Positions 8,807-17,991 of a DNA stretch of 64,000 nt are shown here, one piece after another; the first letter of the stretch is position 1, and each line of letters begins with the position of its first letter. A program made the translations under genes and the position numbers. The DNA is from a virus. The stretch lies in IMG/VR virus record IMGVR_UViG_3300025897_000009; one strand, given 5' to 3'. The notes beneath the pieces were generated by a model that saw only the letters and a program-made list of their open reading frames with translations, searched no databases and was not told the DNA's origin.

Positions 8807-8954
8807 CTAAATCGTCTATGTCTGGCAACTTATCTGGATTCAGTATATCTAGGATATCTTGTTTCTCTTGTTCTTTAGAACCAAAGATTCTTTCCCACTC
8901 ATCTTGATATTTTGTGCCTACTTCTGGTCTGCGTTTACTTCCTTTGCCTGCCAT
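8781..8954 (-). CDS. Small conserved phage protein (57 aa)
   Basis: Manual translation MAGKGSKRRP..YQDEWERIFG, a motif recurrent in marine T4-like phages. Confidence 0.6.
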   Translation of the reverse strand: MAGKGSKRRPEVGTKYQDEWERIFGSKEQEKQDILDILNPDKLPDIDDLDVSKFHKV

Positions 8955-9181
8955 TTTTTATTCCTTATGAATACCAATTCTTGTTCCCAGTTCTTTTTAT
9001 TCTGTTCTGATTCGCCCGATCCCTTCTGAGCCAATATAACTCGACCCCCATCCATGTCAATCCTAATAGAATCAGTGGAGACCACCTCACCATGTCTTCC
9101 AATAAATACACCTGTCAATTCTCCTTTTGTATCTTCGGGATGAAGATTTGTTATCAATTCTATAAGTTCTTCCTTCATCAT
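8918..9181 (-). CDS. Hypothetical protein
   Basis: 87-aa coupled ORF. Confidence 0.6.
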   Translation of the reverse strand: MMKEELIELITNLHPEDTKGELTGVFIGRHGEVVSTDSIRIDMDGGRVILAQKGSGESEQNKKNWEQELVFIRNKKWQAKEVNADQK

Positions 9182-9498
9182 AATAATTTGCTAATCACTG
9201 TTTGTAGAAATAGAATTAATCCGACACCATTGAGCACGATAAGTGCTCTATCGTTCCAAAGAAACCCTACAATCATCCATCCTGATACACCTATGATGCT
9301 AAGTCCTAAGTCCCAATTGACTAACTCAACATTTCCTCTAATTGTCATGCTTGCTAATATAAAAGCACTGGCAGTCCATTTGATGTACCATGAAAGATCT
9401 TGTTTGGGTGTAGCACTTTTACTAATTCTAGTAGAGTTTTCTATTTCCTCAATAGTAAATTCTTGTCCCTTAGCAGATATAATTTTATTTTCGGACAT
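9178..9498 (-). CDS. Membrane protein (DUF6552-like)
   Basis: DLSWYIKWTAS..GW.IVG.LWNDRALIVLN, three TM segments. Confidence 0.65.
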   Translation of the reverse strand: MSENKIISAKGQEFTIEEIENSTRISKSATPKQDLSWYIKWTASAFILASMTIRGNVELVNWDLGLSIIGVSGWMIVGFLWNDRALIVLNGVGLILFLQTVISKLL

Positions 9499-9817
9499 TT
9501 CTTTCTTTCTCTTTTTGCTGTTTGACTACATGCTTGGCAACAGTCTCGATAGTTTTCTTTTGTTTGATAGAACGATTGTCACCAACCTTATCTGCGACTG
9601 CTGATCCTGGATGTGCCTCTGCCACTTTTTGTAACACTTCATTGAATCCACTGTTTGCCATTTTTCCTTCCATGCTAGTACCACTGATCACTGCAGGTGC
9701 AGTCACCACTCTTTGTATATGTGGAAATTTTTTTAGAAACTCTTCAAGTTCTGCATATGGCATGAGAACATCATAGGTCTCACTTTTTTTGTAATCGTGT
9801 ACTGTATAGGTTGGCAT
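9485..9817 (-). CDS. Conserved T4-like hypothetical protein (FmdB-like N-terminus)
   Basis: MPTYT..ELEEFLKKFPH..GFNEVLQKVAEAHPGS. Confidence 0.65.
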   Translation of the reverse strand: MPTYTVHDYKKSETYDVLMPYAELEEFLKKFPHIQRVVTAPAVISGTSMEGKMANSGFNEVLQKVAEAHPGSAVADKVGDNRSIKQKKTIETVAKHVVKQQKEKERNVRK

Positions 9818-9826
9818 AATAAATCC

Positions 9827-10165
9827 TCATGATTGCTCACTCATAGTTCTGGCAATCTGTCGTAGTATAGCATCAACATCTTCTGAATCGTTTGATGCGT
9901 CTACAAGTTCTTCTATCATAGCAATAACATCGTCATTGATATCGATAGGAGCATCTCTAGATGTTCCTAAAGCAACGACCAGTTTGTCTGCTAATTCGTC
10001 TGGTATCTTGATCTCATGAGACATCTCACCAACAACAACTTCTTCTGGTCTGCGAAATCTTACTATGTGACTTGCGAATTCCATGTTCTCGGCATCCACA
10101 TAATCTGTGTACCATGTGTCGGTGTCATCGCAATACCATTCGGTTGCATATCTTGTTTTAGGCAT
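9827..10165 (-). CDS. Hypothetical protein
   Basis: 112-aa ORF after a CTAAATA late-like promoter. Confidence 0.6.
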   Translation of the reverse strand: MPKTRYATEWYCDDTDTWYTDYVDAENMEFASHIVRFRRPEEVVVGEMSHEIKIPDELADKLVVALGTSRDAPIDINDDVIAMIEELVDASNDSEDVDAILRQIARTMSEQS

Positions 10166-10173
10166 ACTATTAT

Positions 10174-10710
10174 TTAGTTTGCCATGAATGCTGGTGTTGG
10201 TCTATCTGTCCATTTAGCGAATGTTTTTTTGTATTCGCGATAATAATTTTGGTATGCTTCTACGCAATCTTCTACCTTTACATCATCTGGCATTGCTTGC
10301 GGAGGAGCAAAGAACCTTTTGTTGATAGGTATGTTCTTTGGAGGTAAAGCAAGTATCTCTCTAAGTTTTTCATCTGTAGCATGAACTCTACCATATCTTC
10401 TAGTGTATTCATCACATAGAGAACAGAACAATTTGTAAAGGAAGTGATAATTGTAAGCACTCTCTCGAGTCCATATAGCACTCGGATGGTTTACATGTGA
10501 TGCTTTGTAAAGAGTTGCTTCTGCATTGCCACTCAATCTCCATCTTTGGATTCTTCTTCCACTACTGGCATCAATGTAGTGTTCACCATCTAACATTCTG
10601 TGAGCAGTGCTCATCAGTTGGGCATACTCAATAATCATTTTGACTACATGCTTGTCACAATGTAATCTTGCTGCGATCTTAGGGTCTTTATCTAGATAAA
10701 ATATATTCAT
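10174..10710 (-). CDS. denV: Pyrimidine-dimer DNA glycosylase / endonuclease V-like
   Basis: MNIFYLD.DP..AA..HCDKHVVKMIIEYAQLMSTAHR, HVNHPSAIW, EYT.RYG..H. Confidence 0.8.
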   Translation of the reverse strand: MNIFYLDKDPKIAARLHCDKHVVKMIIEYAQLMSTAHRMLDGEHYIDASSGRRIQRWRLSGNAEATLYKASHVNHPSAIWTRESAYNYHFLYKLFCSLCDEYTRRYGRVHATDEKLREILALPPKNIPINKRFFAPPQAMPDDVKVEDCVEAYQNYYREYKKTFAKWTDRPTPAFMAN

Positions 10711-10717
10711 AACACAT

Positions 10718-10747
10718 ATGATACTGTTTTGTTATGGTGTCGTAAAG
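10718..10747 (-). promoter_or_regulatory. Early-type promoter (TTTACG-N17-TATCAT)
   Basis: CTTTACGACACC motif, 7 nt before the denV ATG. Confidence 0.6.
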
Positions 10748-11283
10748 TGACTAATCCATTCTTCATAAAATTCTTCCATTTCAGTTGATGCTGTAAACTT
10801 TGTATGATCAATTGTTTTCCAAATAGGCAGATCTTGCTCGGTTTGCATTTTAGCATCTGCCATAAATAAATCACCCACAGTGTGTGGCATGCCTTCTGGC
10901 AACCAGAACTCTGCTGTGAGTTCTGTTTCATGCTCATCAACTTCTGTAAGTTTGTTTAGATTGGTCACCAAATGTACATCATCTACATAGATATCTAATC
11001 GATTGTTGAATGGGTCAAAACTTCTTACTCTTACAAAGGATCTCTTGCCTTCTGGTAAAGTTTTTACATCTCTGGGTTCTGATAAGTAAGTCTCTATGTA
11101 TGCTACATGATCATAATTGTCATGGCATAGTTCATAACCATAGTCTACGACTTCTACCTTGCCCCAACCATGTACTGTAGTAAAATGAGGAATGTCGAAT
11201 GCATTCCGTGTAATATTAATGTAATTCGTGGGAATGTCCATTGTGTAGACATCATGCAAAACTAATTCTGATTCTGGTACCAT
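10732..11283 (-). CDS. Rieske oxygenase catalytic (KshA/VanA C-terminal-like) domain, no Rieske cluster
   Basis: N-x2-D-x2-H-x4-H (NAFDIPHFTTVH) plus distal QDLPIW. Confidence 0.65.
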   Translation of the reverse strand: MVPESELVLHDVYTMDIPTNYINITRNAFDIPHFTTVHGWGKVEVVDYGYELCHDNYDHVAYIETYLSEPRDVKTLPEGKRSFVRVRSFDPFNNRLDIYVDDVHLVTNLNKLTEVDEHETELTAEFWLPEGMPHTVGDLFMADAKMQTEQDLPIWKTIDHTKFTASTEMEEFYEEWISHFTTP

Positions 11284-11819
11284 TTTATATAATTATCCAA
11301 TATAGGATCAATATCTGATTCTGGAATATGTATAGACACTTGATCCAATATGTCTTCATCCTCTCTTGTTATAGGTTGCTTTGCTTTAAACACTGACTCC
11401 ATAAAAACTCGGTTGAATTGGGGAGATTCAGTGTTATATAAGAAGATTTCTTTGTGTTTACAAGAGTTTTCATCTATATTTTCATTGGTTTCTATCGTTG
11501 TGTACATATAGTCACCATTCAGGTTGTAATTGTCAACGATTAACTCGTCTCTCTTATGAGATGCAATTTTGGTCATGAAATTATGCTTGCCTCCAGGCAT
11601 TGTTGCCTTGTAGCATATAAAAGCATATCTTTCAAATGAAGTGTGTACCACTTCTACATTGGTAAAGTTGTGTAGATGTTCTAGATGAGGAATATCAAAA
11701 GCATTCATTGTCATGATGAATGCTGGTGCAGGAAGAGTTAAGTAATGCTCTTTGTATATTTCATACTTATCGATCTTCCTTTGTGCTTGTTCAGAATACA
11801 TGTTAGTCCTTTTTATCAA
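11262..11819 (-). CDS. Second stand-alone Rieske oxygenase catalytic-domain paralog
   Basis: NAFDIPHLEHLH and distal EDEDIL. Confidence 0.55.
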   Translation of the reverse strand: MIKRTNMYSEQAQRKIDKYEIYKEHYLTLPAPAFIMTMNAFDIPHLEHLHNFTNVEVVHTSFERYAFICYKATMPGGKHNFMTKIASHKRDELIVDNYNLNGDYMYTTIETNENIDENSCKHKEIFLYNTESPQFNRVFMESVFKAKQPITREDEDILDQVSIHIPESDIDPILDNYIKWYQNQN

Positions 11820-12045
11820 TGTATCTTAGAATAACCTGTCGTTCTGTGCTAGAGAAGTCATCTTTAAAACTCTTGGGTCCATACATGCTACCAAATCGAG
11901 TAAGTTTGTCACCTGCAGTAATCGCAGCATTCCATTCTTCATCATTGTATTGAATAAGCATTTCTTCTGCTGACTTTACAATCTCTCTCCCCAGATTCGC
12001 CATATACTTTTCGGCAGGTGTCATATCATAAACATTAATTTTCAT
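11803..12045 (-). CDS. Hypothetical protein
   Basis: 80-aa coupled ORF. Confidence 0.6.
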   Translation of the reverse strand: MKINVYDMTPAEKYMANLGREIVKSAEEMLIQYNDEEWNAAITAGDKLTRFGSMYGPKSFKDDFSSTERQVILRYIDKKD

Positions 12046-12233
12046 TTTTTCTCCTTGAGAGTTTCATAGTATAGTTTTTGTAATTGGTTTACATTGGTTT
12101 TGAGAACAGCATTTTCTGATGTTAATGCTTTGTTCTCTTTCTTGAGTGCGATAATCTGCCTTCTTAACTGTTCTTCTAATGTATCGTTCAAACTACCCCA
12201 ATCTTCCATAGTTATATTATAAGTATTTCTCAT
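12042..12233 (-). CDS. Small coiled-coil protein
   Basis: Heptad-rich 63 aa. Confidence 0.55.
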   Translation of the reverse strand: MRNTYNITMEDWGSLNDTLEEQLRRQIIALKKENKALTSENAVLKTNVNQLQKLYYETLKEKK

Positions 12234-12831
12234 AGTGTGAGATAGTCATTTTTGCTATTTCTTTTGCTTTAATTTGCGCAATGCTGTCTTGAAGTCCCCA
12301 TACTCCTGGATCGAGGACAAGGATTTTTCCACCTGCTTCTTGGGTGAGTGCTTTGCAGATTTCAACTTGCGATAACTTATATATCCGATAACTAGCAGAG
12401 ACACGAATGTCTTTATGATTAGCATCGGCAGCAATACTACTGATGTGAACAATGGGTGTACCTCTCTTGACATACTCTCGATAGATTGCTAAGTAAGAAG
12501 TCACATTAGCAGTAAACCTTTCGTTGAGTGTCCATAAATTTTGATCCATGGCAGGAGAACCATTCATTCCTGTCATCATCATGTCGGAATCTTCTCTCTC
12601 TACTTCCCATTGATGCGCAACTCCTATCACAACATCAACATCGGGTGCATTGTCTACAAAATTTGAGACTTGCATGAGATTGTTGAGATTCAACTGAATG
12701 TATTTATCTATTTTTTGTTTCTGTGTGCGTTGCCAACTTCTAGTTGTTCGGAGTACTTCATGTTGGGGGGATAACTCTTCGTAGAGTGCTTTTCCTAGTC
12801 CTGTGCGACCACCTAATGTGAGAATTTTCAT
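12217..12831 (-). CDS. Short-chain dehydrogenase/reductase (SDR)
   Basis: LGGRTGLG Rossmann motif, IVHISSIAA, catalytic YRIYK (YxxxK). Confidence 0.8.
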   Translation of the reverse strand: MKILTLGGRTGLGKALYEELSPQHEVLRTTRSWQRTQKQKIDKYIQLNLNNLMQVSNFVDNAPDVDVVIGVAHQWEVEREDSDMMMTGMNGSPAMDQNLWTLNERFTANVTSYLAIYREYVKRGTPIVHISSIAADANHKDIRVSASYRIYKLSQVEICKALTQEAGGKILVLDPGVWGLQDSIAQIKAKEIAKMTISHYEKYL

Positions 12832-12847
12832 AATGTAAAGGTTTTAT

Positions 12848-13336
12848 TTACCAACCAGATTCAGGTATTGTAAACCTGCTATCGGTCAGGGGAAGACTTG
12901 CATAAGTTTTGTTCTTATCTCCATCCTCCATTGAATCTACTGTTTCAACTATAAAATCTAAAAAATCATTAATAAGTGCTTGTCCTGATTCTGTGTCGGA
13001 CTCATATTTAATATCACCATTGTAATTTGATCTGACAAACCTATGCTGATTGGATAATCCGTTATCAGTTCCAAAGTTTTCTTTGCAGAATGATAACCAA
13101 GTCTCCTCATTTGACCATTTGATCTGTAGTTCTACATAATCATTGCCTTTGATTAGTTCTACAGATTCTATGATGCCTGTTGCGTCTACATAATCATTAA
13201 ATGTCTGTGCACCTGAAAAGATTGGGATGATGTCTATGACATACTGATTAGTTTCTGGATCGATGACATTTGTAACCATATGATGATGAAATTCATTCAC
13301 ATTACTTACATTATATCGATTGGTTGTTGTGATCAT
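12848..13336 (-). CDS. Unknown protein, tandem paralog 3
   Basis: Shares FNDYVD.G.I, L.I.W...W, C-terminal P..GW with the next two ORFs. Confidence 0.7.
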   Translation of the reverse strand: MITTTNRYNVSNVNEFHHHMVTNVIDPETNQYVIDIIPIFSGAQTFNDYVDATGIIESVELIKGNDYVELQIKWSNEETWLSFCKENFGTDNGLSNQHRFVRSNYNGDIKYESDTESGQALINDFLDFIVETVDSMEDGDKNKTYASLPLTDSRFTIPESGW

Positions 13337-13339
13337 AAT

Positions 13340-13849
13340 TTATTCGGAAGGTATTGCCCATCCTTCTGCTGGAGCAGCAAACTGTGGGTGTTTATCATCT
13401 AATGCTGAAAGTGTAAATATGTTACAATGTTCTTCTTTTTGAGAAACCTCTTTCAGTACATAATTACACCATTCTTCATAATGGTCTCTTGCTGTTTCAT
13501 TGGTTTCATCATAAGAATAATTTATCGTTGCATTCCACAATGCTCGAGTATTCCTATAATTGATAGAAATGCCTGTCTCTCCAACCCAATTAGTCTTCAT
13601 ATAATTCAACCATTCTGATGTGTTGTTCCAGATGATAGAGAGAGTGACATGTGTTGAGTCATTCTCAATTATTTTTACAGCATTGATATGTCCAGCATCA
13701 ACAGCACTGTTGAATGCTGACACAGCAGAAAAATGAGTTGCTGTAGAATCGCGATATTTTTTTGTATGGGTATCTAAAATAACAGAACCTATATTGTTCG
13801 CGAAGTCAGTTGCATTATCGACTGTATATGTAATGCTGTGGGTTATCAT
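13340..13849 (-). CDS. Unknown protein, tandem paralog 2
   Basis: FNSAVDAGHI..LSIIWNN..W..PAEGW. Confidence 0.7.
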   Translation of the reverse strand: MITHSITYTVDNATDFANNIGSVILDTHTKKYRDSTATHFSAVSAFNSAVDAGHINAVKIIENDSTHVTLSIIWNNTSEWLNYMKTNWVGETGISINYRNTRALWNATINYSYDETNETARDHYEEWCNYVLKEVSQKEEHCNIFTLSALDDKHPQFAAPAEGWAIPSE

Positions 13850-14409
13850 TATGAATTATCCCATTGACTCCATGCCCATCCACCTGATGGTACAGAATAA
13901 CTAGCATGTTTGTCATCTAATAATAAGATTTCGCAATGAGCGAAATCTGCAGATTTGCCTTCATCTAGATGTGCTTGTTTGTTTGCTAATACCCAATTAC
14001 AATAATTGTTGTAAAAAAGTGTGCCTTGATCGTCTTGGGCATCATAGTCTATTACCATGGCATTATCAATTCTATCTTTCATGCGTAAGTGTTTCATGCT
14101 AGAATGGGTTGCATCTACTATCTTTGCTGCATTTGTATCCTCTCCTTTTGTGAATTCACACCAACTTGCTGCGTTGTACCATTCAACTGTAAGTCTAACT
14201 TTGGTGTTAGAATCAATCTTTTCAACTGTAACATCGCTGATAGATCCACTATCAACATAGTCGTTGAAGTCATCTTTTTGTAAAAAAGTTGCACCAGATC
14301 TGTACTTATTGGTTGAGAGGTCAAACACATTGGTAGTCATGTTTGTATAAAAAGATTCTACATCACTGGGTGTGTATGTAAATGTTGAGATTATCTCTAC
14401 TGTTGTCAT
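13849..14409 (-). CDS. Unknown protein, tandem paralog 1
   Basis: FNDYVDSGSI..LTVEWYN..W..PSGGW. Confidence 0.7.
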   Translation of the reverse strand: MTTVEIISTFTYTPSDVESFYTNMTTNVFDLSTNKYRSGATFLQKDDFNDYVDSGSISDVTVEKIDSNTKVRLTVEWYNAASWCEFTKGEDTNAAKIVDATHSSMKHLRMKDRIDNAMVIDYDAQDDQGTLFYNNYCNWVLANKQAHLDEGKSADFAHCEILLLDDKHASYSVPSGGWAWSQWDNS

Positions 14410-14582
14410 TGAACTTCCTCTGCTTTAATTTTAATGAACTTCTCTAAGTTCTTTTTGCTTAATATGTTTGTATCTGTCAATTCAGTCACCATCGCTGTGG
14501 CTCCTTGTCGCAGACCTTTATTGTAAGATATAACTGCGCACATTACTATAGTTATGATGTAAGCAATTTGTTCTGGACTCAT
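14406..14582 (-). CDS. Small membrane protein (58 aa)
   Basis: Manual translation MSPEQIAYIITIVMCAVISYNKGLRQG..., fills the gap with ATGA overlaps at both ends. Confidence 0.6.
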   Translation of the reverse strand: MSPEQIAYIITIVMCAVISYNKGLRQGATAMVTELTDTNILSKKNLEKFIKIKAEEVQ

Positions 14583-15010
14583 CTTGTTAGTTTTTTAATG
14601 TTTTCGATTTGACTCGTGATGATTGGTTTTCTATTTGGCCAATAGATGTATTCCTTATCTTCGTTCTTCATAAGGTTATACAACAATGGCAATATCATCT
14701 TCTCAAGTTCTATTAACTTATCTTTATATAATACTACTTGTTGGTCAGTGGTCGCTAGTGAGTTTTCTTTAGCATTTTCTAATTCAGTTAATGCTGAAGC
14801 AAGCAATCTCTGCATGTTATCAACCTTAGCATCAAGTTCTTCTAGTTGCTTAGAACTAGCACTACTTGCACTTGAGGTTGAGACTTCTTCTAATCTCTTA
14901 GCAAGTTCTTCATTAATGCCTGCAGATTCACCAGTGGCTGTGACTAATTCATCACTGTCAACTGCTGTGAATCCAAAGTCATTTTGTATATCGTAGTATT
15001 CGTCGCTCAT
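14579..15010 (-). CDS. Conserved T4-like hypothetical protein
   Basis: DFGFTAVD...ILPLLYNLMKNEDKEYIYWPNR; likely start MSDEY. Confidence 0.7.
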   Translation of the reverse strand: MSDEYYDIQNDFGFTAVDSDELVTATGESAGINEELAKRLEEVSTSSASSASSKQLEELDAKVDNMQRLLASALTELENAKENSLATTDQQVVLYKDKLIELEKMILPLLYNLMKNEDKEYIYWPNRKPIITSQIENIKKLTR

Positions 15011-15011
15011 A

Positions 15012-16028
15012 TTACTTTTGAGGAATCGCACCAAATGCTTTTCTTATTTCAACTAAGTTAGCAATTCCAGTTTCCATCTTGCCATAGTATTTAGTTGCAT
15101 CTAGATTGCAGTATTCAAATATTTTAGACATAATTCTCATTGGATTTTGTACTAATTCATCATATGTAACATGTAAATGGTCTACTGACACCATATCGCG
15201 ATATCTTTCTGTAGCATTTCGATTGATATCATATGCATCTAGATTGCATTCTACTTTTGATATGTTAGTGTAATTCTTTCTATAGTTATACAAGGCATTC
15301 GTAAGAGATTCTTTCTGAGCATCTTTGTCACGTGTGATCCAGATGATTTTAGAATTAGGGAACACTTCTTTAAAGTCTTTTACACTGTTTGCTGTTAAGA
15401 GTGGGGTTTTACAGAGAAAGAACTCTGCTTGTTTATTTCTCCATAGCAAATTATAAAATGATTTTTGCCATATGAGAGCATCGTTGTTTTTCTTGTATCT
15501 TTGGTGGCAATATTCAACAAATGGTTTACATCGAAATGCAAAGTGAATACTGTCTGCCAACATGGGTGGAAATAATGCTTGTGGATCGTCTTCAAAATCT
15601 TCTGCTCCTACTGTATGTGTTCCACCAAATGATTTGAATTGAAACAACTCTGTGATTTTTTTACAATCTTCTATCTTCTTTTGTCTATTAATATCATCCG
15701 TGATCGGTAATGGTTGCTGAAACTCAAAGAACTGTGGACCATGAAAAATGCCTGATGTTGCTAAACATCGATGTAGATAAGTTGACCCACTTCTGGGCAT
15801 AGACATTATTTGTATTAGAGGAAAGTCATGATCAAGATTGTCATGCTTTTCAAACTCTGCTTTGAGACCAAAGTATTGTTTGAGTCTGTGGGGTATAAGA
15901 TTATTCTCTAGAACTTGTCGACCAAAGTCATTGAAGTTGCCATAATGCTGATTCAATCCTTGAACATAAGCATGCCATTGTTCTGGGATATCTCTTGTTT
16001 CGTAATTATAATTCGACAGGTTGAACAT
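15012..16028 (-). CDS. Sulfotransferase (Sulfotransfer_3-like)
   Basis: PAPS loop MPRSGSTYLHRCL, KTP, FPNSKIIWITRD, VTYDELVQNP. Confidence 0.85.
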   Translation of the reverse strand: MFNLSNYNYETRDIPEQWHAYVQGLNQHYGNFNDFGRQVLENNLIPHRLKQYFGLKAEFEKHDNLDHDFPLIQIMSMPRSGSTYLHRCLATSGIFHGPQFFEFQQPLPITDDINRQKKIEDCKKITELFQFKSFGGTHTVGAEDFEDDPQALFPPMLADSIHFAFRCKPFVEYCHQRYKKNNDALIWQKSFYNLLWRNKQAEFFLCKTPLLTANSVKDFKEVFPNSKIIWITRDKDAQKESLTNALYNYRKNYTNISKVECNLDAYDINRNATERYRDMVSVDHLHVTYDELVQNPMRIMSKIFEYCNLDATKYYGKMETGIANLVEIRKAFGAIPQK

Positions 16029-16692
16029 TAATTAACTGTTGCTCCGATGCATCACTATCGAATTCATGTAGAATGGATCCTGTACCATCCCAAACAGTGA
16101 TCTTGACAGAATCAATTTCACCATCTACATGAGACTCTATATTTTTCATCTCAACAAATGCTTGATTCTTTTCTAAAGTTTTAGCAAGATCTTCATCACC
16201 TTGAATCAATAGTGTGTTCTTAATAACTCGATAGATTTCTTTTTCTTGTGTTGCATACATCATTTTAGGCATATCTTCATCTCTTTTATGAAATGATATT
16301 TGAATATAGTCTATACCTGTTTTTGGAATAATGTGTTCAAACAGTAAGTCATCCCCTGCCTTCCAGTCAGTTTTATCTTTGAGAAGTTCTTCATCAAATG
16401 CATAAGTTACATAATCATTATTGCTTGCTTCACCTTTTACTTTGCTCTGCCACATGCGTTCAGAAACATCCCATTCGTTTTTAGTTGTAGAGAGTTTCTT
16501 TTTCCAATTTTCATTGACATAGAATCGTATAGATTTGCCAACAAAAACCAACCAACCACTTGGACATTCTGGAGTCTTAGCATTTACTGTGTTTGCGATT
16601 GGGCAGGGTATACAGATGTTGACTTTTTGCTCAGCATGTTTGAATAACCTACTTCTGTAGAATGTTTTTCCGTCTTTTGAGATCTTTTCCAT
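16006..16692 (-). CDS. Hypothetical protein
   Basis: 228-aa coupled ORF. Confidence 0.6.
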   Translation of the reverse strand: MEKISKDGKTFYRSRLFKHAEQKVNICIPCPIANTVNAKTPECPSGWLVFVGKSIRFYVNENWKKKLSTTKNEWDVSERMWQSKVKGEASNNDYVTYAFDEELLKDKTDWKAGDDLLFEHIIPKTGIDYIQISFHKRDEDMPKMMYATQEKEIYRVIKNTLLIQGDEDLAKTLEKNQAFVEMKNIESHVDGEIDSVKITVWDGTGSILHEFDSDASEQQLINVQPVEL

Positions 16693-17633
16693 TAGTCTTT
16701 AGTATATGATGCTTCTGTCCAGCCAGATTCGGTATTAGATTCAACCTCACCTGCGTCTGTTAATTCTTTGACCATTTTCTTTGCTTGCTTATCGAAAGAT
16801 TTGATCATATTAACTTTAGTGTCTTTAAGATCAACCTCTAATCCTAATCCTTCAGCAACTTCTTTGATCGTTGCTTTCGTCATTGCATTGAGTTCTTTCT
16901 TATCAGGTATCACTAGTGTTTCGCCCTCTTCTGTAAACTCTTCAAAAGGATCTTCTACTGTAACTTCTGGTTCTGCTTTTTGTTCTTCTTCTGATTTTAC
17001 TCTAACTTGTGCGAACAAATCATCTGTAGAAACCTTTTGTGTTTCTTCTTGAGAATGAGTTTCAGGTACAACGAAGTCTGTTGACTCTTTCACATCAGAT
17101 ATAGATGGTTCATAATTACTCATCACATTCGCAGCATCTTCGACAGCACTCGGTGTATCTTCTGTAACATCACCTGATACAAAGTCATCTGCTTGTTCCC
17201 TAAACATCTGTGCCATTTTAACTGCACGTGATGGTTTCTTGGGTTCATTATTTGCTACCACAGGTGTTTGTGGTTGTGGTGTTGTTTCTACTTTAACTGC
17301 TTTCGGCACATCTGTCTCCAATCCCTTTCTTTGCATTTCTGCTTGAAGTCTATCAAGTCTTTGCTGTAATTCTTTTCTTTGCTGTCTTTCATTTGCAAGT
17401 GCATTATTTTCAGAAGTCTTTTTAAGTTCTTCTTGTTCTTGCTGTTGTAAGAATGCTTCTTGTTGTTGCTTAATTCTTTCTTCGGTTTGATGCTTTGCTT
17501 CTGCTTCGCATACATCCCTCAGTCGAGCGATGGGTGACAGTTCGTTTCCTCTAAGACCACCTCGTGTTGTCACGACGTCGACTAGATTTACCACTGCTGT
17601 TAAATCTTCAATTGTTATATATTGTGTTTGCAT
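16692..17633 (-). CDS. Hypothetical protein (conserved N-terminus, coiled coil, acidic linker, small C-terminal helical domain)
   Basis: DL..VV.LVDV...RGG.RG.EL; GGAG SD; late promoter upstream. Confidence 0.7.
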   Translation of the reverse strand: MQTQYITIEDLTAVVNLVDVVTTRGGLRGNELSPIARLRDVCEAEAKHQTEERIKQQQEAFLQQQEQEELKKTSENNALANERQQRKELQQRLDRLQAEMQRKGLETDVPKAVKVETTPQPQTPVVANNEPKKPSRAVKMAQMFREQADDFVSGDVTEDTPSAVEDAANVMSNYEPSISDVKESTDFVVPETHSQEETQKVSTDDLFAQVRVKSEEEQKAEPEVTVEDPFEEFTEEGETLVIPDKKELNAMTKATIKEVAEGLGLEVDLKDTKVNMIKSFDKQAKKMVKELTDAGEVESNTESGWTEASYTKD

Positions 17634-17721
17634 AATTACTCCATAATTAAAAAATAAGGTCTTCGACTAGCATAGTGACATGATGTTCTAAACAATTATC
17701 AAAGTTATGTCTAGCAGAATT

Positions 17722-17729
17722 TATTTATA
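17722..17729 (-). promoter_or_regulatory. T4-type late promoter TATAAATA inside an inverted repeat
   Basis: Exact consensus; flanked by TAAGGTCTTC/GAAGACCTTA. Confidence 0.7.
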
Positions 17730-17771
17730 GTCTTTTTGAAGACCTTACTAAACGAACTCATCTTATACTTT

Positions 17772-17945
17772 TTATCTCATCAATTCTGATAGTTCGTTTA
17801 AATCTTCGATCAACTTATCGCGATTCCTCCTAAGCATTGCTTTTTTTGAATTCGCTGTCCTCTTATGTCTAATCTTTCGATTTATTGCATTGATAGTCTT
17901 ATCAATTTTTACACAAGGGTTTGACAACAGTTTACTATGATACAT
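17772..17945 (-). CDS. Small basic protein (57 aa)
   Basis: MYHSKLLSNPCVKIDKTINAINRKIRHKR... preceded by extended SD AGGAGGTGATCC. Confidence 0.65.
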   Translation of the reverse strand: MYHSKLLSNPCVKIDKTINAINRKIRHKRTANSKKAMLRRNRDKLIEDLNELSELMR

Positions 17946-17991
17946 GGATCACCTCCTAAGTTGGTTAAAGGTTCTCCTCCCTCCGTCGTCT

